Below, in pieces: positions 58,510-64,000 of a stretch of DNA of 64,000 nt (the first letter of the stretch is position 1; each line of letters begins with the position of its first letter). Source of the stretch: a virus. A program made the position numbers and the translations under genes. A model generated the notes under the pieces. It made no database searches, had not been told where the DNA came from, and saw only the letters and a program-made list of their open reading frames with translations. The DNA is taken from the IMG/VR virus record IMGVR_UViG_3300045988_107608, positions 16,948 through 80,947 of that record; one strand, 5' to 3'.

Positions 58510-58960
58510 GCAAAAATTTAAAAACGACCCTCATTATAGTTGCGAAGTTCTCTACCTTAACCCACTCATGAGCTACTGCTCTAAGTACAGACGTTTCATA
58601 TGTTGGGACATTGTCTTCTTTAACCACCTTACAAGAAGCCAGAACTCCTTCAGTCGGCTTTAGTCCACGGTCATGCAGCTCGCATAGACCGTCCGGCCGG
58701 CGGAATGCGCACCACCCGTCTTTCTCTGTTGGCTGGATCATCGCTATTGGTTTTTCTTTCACTGCAAGATACCCTACCATCCACATTGTTTCTTTTAACC
58801 TGTCAGCGTATCCGGCATCTATGATAGCCTCTATGTCTTTTGGCGTACCAATACAAGGAACCTTACACATGTTCTTGCATTTATCACATGTACAAGGTTG
58901 CTCCCATCTGTTATGATCTATGCCTACCAACTTCTTTATCCGTTCTACTTCTTCTTTCAT
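58487..58960 (-). CDS. YkgJ-family putative Fe-S/zinc-binding protein
   Basis: PCTCDKCKNMCKVPC plus WCAFRRPDGLCELHDRGLKP resembles the YkgJ CxxCxxCC...C.F...G.C.IY..RP..CR pattern. Confidence 0.4.
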   Translation of the reverse strand: MKEEVERIKKLVGIDHNRWEQPCTCDKCKNMCKVPCIGTPKDIEAIIDAGYADRLKETMWMVGYLAVKEKPIAMIQPTEKDGWCAFRRPDGLCELHDRGLKPTEGVLASCKVVKEDNVPTYETSVLRAVAHEWVKVENFATIMRVVFKFLHENERRK

Positions 58961-58961
58961 A

Positions 58962-59243
58962 TTATACTATCTCTGTTAGTTTTTCATAATACAACTTCAT
59001 TTCCGGTGAAGCATATTCCATGAATGCTTCGAATAAGTGGGGTACCTCTATTATCATATTCACATTACAACCTTCTGCCTGTGAAAGAGATTCAAGATCA
59101 TTACTGTATGAACACGTTACATAAGCTCCTACATTAAACACATGTAAATCTAATCTTACATATTCCATACATAAATCTAACGCTTTAAACAAGTTCTCTA
59201 CCTCAATCTCCTGAAATAGGTCTATAAACATCCTTAAATCCAT
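58962..59243 (-). CDS. hypothetical protein
   Basis: 93-aa ORF. Confidence 0.35.
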   Translation of the reverse strand: MDLRMFIDLFQEIEVENLFKALDLCMEYVRLDLHVFNVGAYVTCSYSNDLESLSQAEGCNVNMIIEVPHLFEAFMEYASPEMKLYYEKLTEIV

Positions 59244-59626
59244 TATTTTACCACCCTTTCTACATGTTTAATTAATACTACTGCTATTCCATTGCCGGTT
59301 TTTATCGCACATTCCGATCCCCTTATCCATTCTACACACCCTACATACTTTTCCGTAGCATGAAATCCGGGATTGTATTTTCCAGATGTACTGAACTCTA
59401 CCGTATCCCCTACCCTCAGATCATCAAAAGCAATAGACCATGTGGTCCAAATTCTGTCATGTCTCCCAGGCTGAATGGCCCCGATTACGCCTTTTTTACG
59501 ACCGTTTTTTATTGCCCTTAGTATTATCTTCCTATCACCTTCGATAAGGCTGCAAAAGCGCCCGTAAAAGGTCAAATCAACCTGTTTTCCTCCTATTTCT
59601 TCTCTTATTTTTGTTATTCTGTTCAT
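59243..59626 (-). CDS. hypothetical protein
   Basis: 127-aa ORF. Confidence 0.4.
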   Translation of the reverse strand: MNRITKIREEIGGKQVDLTFYGRFCSLIEGDRKIILRAIKNGRKKGVIGAIQPGRHDRIWTTWSIAFDDLRVGDTVEFSTSGKYNPGFHATEKYVGCVEWIRGSECAIKTGNGIAVVLIKHVERVVK

Positions 59627-59850
59627 TTTCTGATTTTGTTTTATTTTTTTCTTTGTTTTTTCTATCTTCTATAGAAGATGATAATAACATTATCTTTTCT
59701 ATGTTACTTTTTGACTGTAAAAAAGAATCGCATTTCATTACTACTACCACCTTCTTAAGTTCCCCATTATCGTATAGCGATACACGCATCATGTTTTGCA
59801 CCTCGTCCACTATCAGACCTGGAGTAGTCTTAGCCATTTTGCGTAGCTTA

Positions 59851-60135
59851 TTATACTCCGGTCTTTCCATTTCCTCTGTTTATTACTCTATAGTATTTAT
59901 CCTTATCCCCTTCTTTCAACTTCTCCAGATAGAAAATTCCATCATGTAAATGAGACAAACAAAACCTGTATCCGTATTTCTGTACTCTTCTTACATGATC
60001 CCGCAGTCTTATCTCTTCACTTTTGTCTTGTACTTTGATTTTAATACTGTCTCCTTCTTTGATTGTGTATAAAATAGTTTGAATCTCTTCTTTTTTCATC
60101 TTATAAAATATTTTAACGGCAGCACCTATACTCAC
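59851..60135 (-). CDS. hypothetical protein
   Basis: 94-aa ORF. Confidence 0.35.
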   Translation of the reverse strand: MSIGAAVKIFYKMKKEEIQTILYTIKEGDSIKIKVQDKSEEIRLRDHVRRVQKYGYRFCLSHLHDGIFYLEKLKEGDKDKYYRVINRGNGKTGV

Positions 60136-60162
60136 GCACCACTACTGCCTTATGTTTAACAA

Positions 60163-60972
60163 TTAAATACTTAACTCTTCAATGGTCAAGCCTTTTTCTT
60201 TTGCCCACTTTAGCATCGCGCATAATTCTGTTTCTGACTTATATTTCGGATCACGCCACGCCCATCCGAATTTATCCAGGACATGATGATATAATTCGTC
60301 GGCCTTTGCCGTGTAAATGTCTTTGAATAAATGCTCCGAACCTTCCGGTATAAGCATCTCTGTTGTTGCAAAATCGGAATACGATAAACATCCGTAAGCA
60401 TATTCTGTTATTTCACTCCATGCTTCTCCGGCTTTAAATCCAAATTCTTTTACAAAAGCCAAAGTTAGATACATATTTAATAATATTGTTACATCATATC
60501 CGGAATCCGACTTTCTTTCTATTATTTCCTTTTCAAATTCCTTTAAATCTTCAGGTCCTAAAAAGATGTATCCTGATACCGACCGGTAATTAGTCTCCGC
60601 ATACTTCTTGCATTTATCATCATTGACAATCTTACTAATGTTAGATAACATCTTTTGCCTCCATTCATCACAAAACTCTACCTCTACGTTCATCCAATCA
60701 GTACCATAATTATATTCTTTCGGATATCCGACCGATGTTACCTTTATACTATTCACGCCATATCCGTAAAGGCGTTCACTTACCTCATTCGCCCATTCCT
60801 GTACAAAAGGAATAAACTTATTGTAATAAGAATCAAAATCAAAATCCGATTCCTCCTCATATTCTGGCATCTCTTCATAATCCTGTTCAAAGAAATGACG
60901 AGGATCTGCTATTGTTTCGTAGAAACTTACGTTAATGAAACAAAACTCGTTGGTTGTCGTTTTTAATATCAT
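60163..60972 (-). CDS. hypothetical protein
   Basis: 269-aa ORF. Confidence 0.45.
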   Translation of the reverse strand: MILKTTTNEFCFINVSFYETIADPRHFFEQDYEEMPEYEEESDFDFDSYYNKFIPFVQEWANEVSERLYGYGVNSIKVTSVGYPKEYNYGTDWMNVEVEFCDEWRQKMLSNISKIVNDDKCKKYAETNYRSVSGYIFLGPEDLKEFEKEIIERKSDSGYDVTILLNMYLTLAFVKEFGFKAGEAWSEITEYAYGCLSYSDFATTEMLIPEGSEHLFKDIYTAKADELYHHVLDKFGWAWRDPKYKSETELCAMLKWAKEKGLTIEELSI

Positions 60973-61223
60973 AACTTTTTGTATTTACGTACATTTTTCT
61001 TGCCATAGAATCTACACATGGCACGAATCTGACTATAAAATACTTTTGTCCTCCTGGCCTCAAAGTATTTAAACATTTCTTCATTCTTTGTTTCCCAAAC
61101 GTAATCCGTTTGGGAACTCATGCGATCTTTCTCCTTGCGTGAATAATGGTAATATGATACCACAACACGTTTCATACCATTCTTTACAGGTACGATATTT
61201 ACGTCTATACTATTCTCTGTCAT
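60969..61223 (-). CDS. hypothetical protein
   Basis: 84-aa ORF with ATGA overlap. Confidence 0.35.
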   Translation of the reverse strand: MTENSIDVNIVPVKNGMKRVVVSYYHYSRKEKDRMSSQTDYVWETKNEEMFKYFEARRTKVFYSQIRAMCRFYGKKNVRKYKKL

Positions 61224-61342
61224 ATTATTATTGTTTTATGCATTATACAAATACAAAGAGCGCATACCTTCACAGGCCGGCGCTCCTTTCAATAAAAATG
61301 AAAAAACTAATATTACATAAACATATTGTTTTCTACTCTTTA

Positions 61343-61576
61343 TTACAATACTTTTGTTCCGCAATTATTATATCTTCCGTACTCTTTTTTCGTATCATTC
61401 AAGATTTCAAAAACCATCTTCTTGTGATCTTCGTTTGGTAACCTATCCTTAACAGCCGATATTACGCCCGCTATAGACGTAAAGCCTGAATCTGTTATTG
61501 AACACAGCAACACGCCTCTGTCGGCTCCGGTGCTTATTGCTGACGCCTTTATAATATCATTCTTATATATTCTCAT
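61343..61576 (-). CDS. hypothetical protein
   Basis: 77-aa ORF. Confidence 0.3.
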   Translation of the reverse strand: MRIYKNDIIKASAISTGADRGVLLCSITDSGFTSIAGVISAVKDRLPNEDHKKMVFEILNDTKKEYGRYNNCGTKVL

Positions 61577-61593
61577 AACTTTTTTGTTTTATT

Positions 61594-61700
61594 GTTTGTG
61601 AGATGCCCAGAATCGAACCAGGACCGGCACATACGCACCGGCACGCCGCGTCATCCCCTCTATGATGCAGAAATAGGCATGCCTATCCTCACGAACCGAC
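61594..61700 (-). ncRNA. GC-rich structured element with a tRNA T-arm-like motif (GGTTCGATTC on the minus strand); not a canonical tRNA
   Basis: Intergenic. Minus-strand 3' part ...GGTCCTGGTTCGATTCTGGGCATCTCAC. Contains the GGCATG...CATGCC hairpin and the ATAGGCATGCCTAT palindrome. Shares a ~30-nt motif with 62838-62945. Confidence 0.3.
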
Positions 61701-61751
61701 ATGCCAAAACCCAAAACTTAATTTGATGAATAAAATAGATTAACAAAAATA

Positions 61752-62066
61752 CTATTCTAATTCTTTTATAATATCTTTCACAATATTCAGCCTTACCTCC
61801 TTCGTTTCTGGACTAAGACAACCAAACCACCCATAAAACGTTCTTGTTTCCTCTGGTTCTGTGGCCATACTTATCTTCTCTTCCAATTCCGGGAAATATA
61901 TTCTCACCATTTCGTCTGAACGAAACTCATAGATATTTTTATGTGTTTTGAAATACATAAACACTACATTTCTTAACGCAACACATATGTATTCCCCATC
62001 CTCTAACCTATCAATCATCTCATATACCTTTTTCCATATGAATAATCGCTCTTCTTTTGCAAACAT
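61752..62066 (-). CDS. hypothetical protein
   Basis: 104-aa ORF. Confidence 0.4.
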   Translation of the reverse strand: MFAKEERLFIWKKVYEMIDRLEDGEYICVALRNVVFMYFKTHKNIYEFRSDEMVRIYFPELEEKISMATEPEETRTFYGWFGCLSPETKEVRLNIVKDIIKELE

Positions 62067-62074
62067 ATCTTTCT

Positions 62075-62422
62075 TTATTTTTGTGGTATTATTTGACTGT
62101 ACGCAGACTTTTCCATGTACACAATACTATGCTCCTGTCCAAGTATTTTCTTTGCTGCTTCTTTCTTTATCGCGCAATATCTCCCTGTACGATACGGATT
62201 CTTTTGATCTGATCCATCCTCAACTTCGATAATAAAACAACCTCCGTCATCTATTATCTTTTTGCAATTGTCACATATTTCTCCCGTGCATATATGATGC
62301 GGCGCCTGCCCTTTGATGTTATTCCCTAATAAAGCAATCCCCATCTCTTCACCGCATACTATGCATAGTTCTATGGATGGATTCAACCCATGCTCTGGAT
62401 GCAATACAATACCGTCTTTCAT
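62075..62422 (-). CDS. zinc-ribbon protein
   Basis: CIVCGEE...CTGEICDNC. Confidence 0.4.
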   Translation of the reverse strand: MKDGIVLHPEHGLNPSIELCIVCGEEMGIALLGNNIKGQAPHHICTGEICDNCKKIIDDGGCFIIEVEDGSDQKNPYRTGRYCAIKKEAAKKILGQEHSIVYMEKSAYSQIIPQK

Positions 62423-62825
62423 TTTCTATCCTCCTTTATTAATTCTATTATAAACTTTTTATCTTGTTCCCACAATGGCAGCCCTTCTTTTACTGTGTAT
62501 GCCACTGTTTCCCTCTCTCCTATTAATCGCACGGCAATCTCTCTTGCTTTCAAGTCATCCTCCTCATGCGATTTGTTTATTAAATCATAGGCACATGATT
62601 CCACCTTTTGCCTTTCGATTATTATCGAACCCATTAACTCGCTTATATGCGATCCTAAAAACGATAAGACATTAATAGCTTTCCCAATATCATTTGAAAT
62701 AGCACTTGCTAAATACATCTTATCCATATACTCCGGCAAAGCCTCGTATGCCGTTTCTATGTTTTTATACTGATTTTCGTTTACCTCCCTTTTAATCAGT
62801 TCTTCAAATTCTTCTTTTAACATGT
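62419..62825 (-). CDS. hypothetical protein (start trimmed to MLKEEFEEL; the upstream part of the track ORF overlaps a structured RNA element)
   Basis: The track ORF 62419-62970 extends its N-terminus through the GC-rich element. The N-terminus judged genuine begins at ~62825. Confidence 0.4.
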
Positions 62826-62837
62826 TCTTCCCTATTT

Positions 62838-62945
62838 TAATGTTGTGTGAGATCGCCGGAATCGAACCGACTTGCTGCACCATGAATCCCATAAAGCAAG
62901 TGCTCCGATCTTCGCAGACGGGAGCACTCTGTCTAAAGCACAAGA
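62838..62945 (-). ncRNA. structured RNA element with a tRNA T-arm-like motif and an 8-bp GC hairpin, second copy of the 61594-61700 motif
   Basis: Minus strand: AGTGCTCC-cgtctgcgaagatc-GGAGCACT hairpin, CTTGCT...AGCAAG hairpin, then GTCGGTTCGATTCCGGCGATCTCACA. The loop motif atcttcgcagac also occurs at ~58050. Confidence 0.3.
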
Positions 62946-62970
62946 AAATTAATGAAGAAATTTTTCTCAC

Positions 62971-63051
62971 TTACGCCATAGCATCTAAAATAGCTATCAG
63001 CACTATTTCTATGACAAACATAATAGAAAATATCTTAAATGCCTTTTTCAT
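62971..63051 (-). CDS. 26-aa hydrophobic peptide (MKKAFKIFSIMFVIEIVLIAILDAMA) with a strong Shine-Dalgarno sequence
   Basis: aaaaggaggagatagcgatATG: AGGAGG about 10 nt upstream of the ATG. A single TM-like helix. The stop directly abuts the structured element at 62838-62945. Not in the ORF track (under 60 aa). Confidence 0.35.
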   Translation of the reverse strand: MKKAFKIFSIMFVIEIVLIAILDAMA

Positions 63052-63158
63052 ATCGCTATCTCCTCCTTTTTATTTTTTTTAGTTCCACAACAAACTGTTC
63101 CGGCTCTGCTCCGACCTACGTTCCACCTACAACCGCAGGCCTTAGCCCAAGGCGCCGC

Positions 63159-63419
63159 TTACTCCCCCTCTATGGCAGCCTGTTCGTACCTACAAGGCCA
63201 ATCCCCTTCTACACAACTATCATTACACCATAACAAACATGTATCTTTATGACAATCATAAAAAATACATCTCTCACAACTGTAATCCTTAACTTCTATA
63301 CAGCTAACTACCTTAGCATATACTATACCATCACTACCTTCTATTCCTCTTACCCCAAAAATAGAACCTTCTCCCTCCTTACTCAAATCTAAGTCAGGTG
63401 CAAAATCATATACGTTCAT
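63159..63419 (-). CDS. Cys-rich small protein
   Basis: CERCIFYDCHKDTCLLWCNDSC. Confidence 0.4.
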   Translation of the reverse strand: MNVYDFAPDLDLSKEGEGSIFGVRGIEGSDGIVYAKVVSCIEVKDYSCERCIFYDCHKDTCLLWCNDSCVEGDWPCRYEQAAIEGE

Positions 63420-63494
63420 GTTGTTTATGTTTTAATTGTTATACATTCCGATTACTACTAATCTATAGAATATAGTTTTCAACTCTCAACCTAT

Positions 63495-63612
63495 TGAATT
63501 TTGTAGAATAAACTCACATTATGCTGTTTTAAAGCACTGTAAGTCTTAATTTTGTAGGAAAAACCTACATAATGCTGTTTTAAAACGCTGATCTGTTGAA
63601 TTTTGTTGGAAG
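63495..63612. repeat. about 2.5 tandem copies of a ~50-bp repeat (iteron-like)
   Basis: tgaattttgtagaataaactcacattatgctgttttaaagcactg, then ttaattttgtaggaaaaacctacataatgctgttttaaaacgctg, then tgaattttgttggaag. Confidence 0.7.
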
Positions 63613-63830
63613 GAAGTGCCCTCCCTCTCCCCCTCTCCAACCCCGGCTAATCCTCCGGCTTTCCGCATAGAACCTGCGCTCTCGGCCTCACTACCGGCAT
63701 ACGGAGAGCGCTACAAGCTTATACTCTGGCATGAAGTATGGGGTATTTAGAGATAATATCATTCCATAGAGAGAATAGAGAGCCTTCAGCCCACGCCCTA
63801 CCGTCTGCTCCTCCTATCAAGATAGATATT
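63610..63830. other. GC-rich structured island in an AT-rich context
   Basis: ccctccctctccccctctccaaccccggc..., the gcgctctc...gagagcgc 8-bp stem, and no convincing ORF. Lies between the tandem repeats and a small membrane-protein ORF (~63790-63955, minus strand). Confidence 0.4.
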
Positions 63831-64000
63831 TAAGCCTATAATCAAAGCCAATAAAGAAAAGCAAAAGACCATTACGATATTATACTGATCTGCTCCGTAC
63901 TCTAACATAGAACAGATACCAACCGATAAAAAATATAGGTCAGCGATTAATAAAAACCACCACATAAAACAAAAAAAAATACAATAAGTATGTCCTAAAA

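Noticed and set aside
61594-61700. Canonical tRNA gene (minus strand) suggested by a GGTTCGATTC T-loop-like motif
   Set aside because: No 7-bp acceptor stem, D-arm or anticodon arm could be assembled by eye. Kept only as a tRNA-like or structured element.
62838-62945. Second canonical tRNA gene
   Set aside because: Same problem. The upstream hairpins (8-bp GC stem with a 14-nt loop) do not fit cloverleaf geometry.
63495-63612. CRISPR array
   Set aside because: Only ~2.5 direct repeats of ~50 bp, directly abutting each other with no unique spacers and no cas genes nearby.
1-64000. Alternative genetic code (TAG or TGA reassignment), as reported for some gut phages
   Set aside because: Long structural and replication ORFs are intact under the standard code. 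There are no clusters of in-frame stops in protein-like frames, apart from one local frameshift candidate.

Overview
AT-rich, densely packed double-stranded DNA phage segment. Genes are mostly short, overlapping and translationally coupled, and most lack Shine-Dalgarno sequences. Two plus-strand gene blocks upstream of intact ORFs carry TAnnTTTG -7 motifs, which fits a Bacteroidota-infecting phage with crAss-like architecture. Plus-strand blocks (1-8318 and 10135-21266) look like a virion or morphogenesis module, including a 2140-aa protein. A long minus-strand block (21356-63419) carries replication and host-takeover genes: DnaB-like helicase, TOPRIM primase, SF2 DEXH helicase, Cas4-like PD-(D/E)XK nuclease, MazG-like NTP pyrophosphatase, acyl carrier protein (ACP), an SPFH/flotillin-NfeD pair, an ABC-type ATPase, a Pol-beta-type nucleotidyltransferase and many small Cys-rich proteins. 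The most notable content is (i) an intact, operon-embedded IscB (OMEGA RNA-guided nuclease with PLMP domain, RuvC-I/II/III and HNH) preceded by a 456-nt non-coding region that is the obvious omega-RNA candidate; (ii) two divergent TnpB-like paralogs without TnpA, both with Gly at the canonical RuvC-II glutamate position and a degenerate zinc finger, so either nuclease-dead (TldR-like) or with a rearranged active site, one of them bounded by ~25-bp inverted repeats; (iii) a G10 homopolymer early in a putative tail/receptor gene; (iv) a small hydrophobic peptide gene with a strong Shine-Dalgarno sequence next to a structured RNA element bearing a tRNA T-arm-like motif that recurs at a second locus; (v) tandem ~50-bp repeats beside a GC-rich island near the window end. 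Coordinates may be off by 1-2 nt. Most product calls rest on motif recognition by eye, with no database search.
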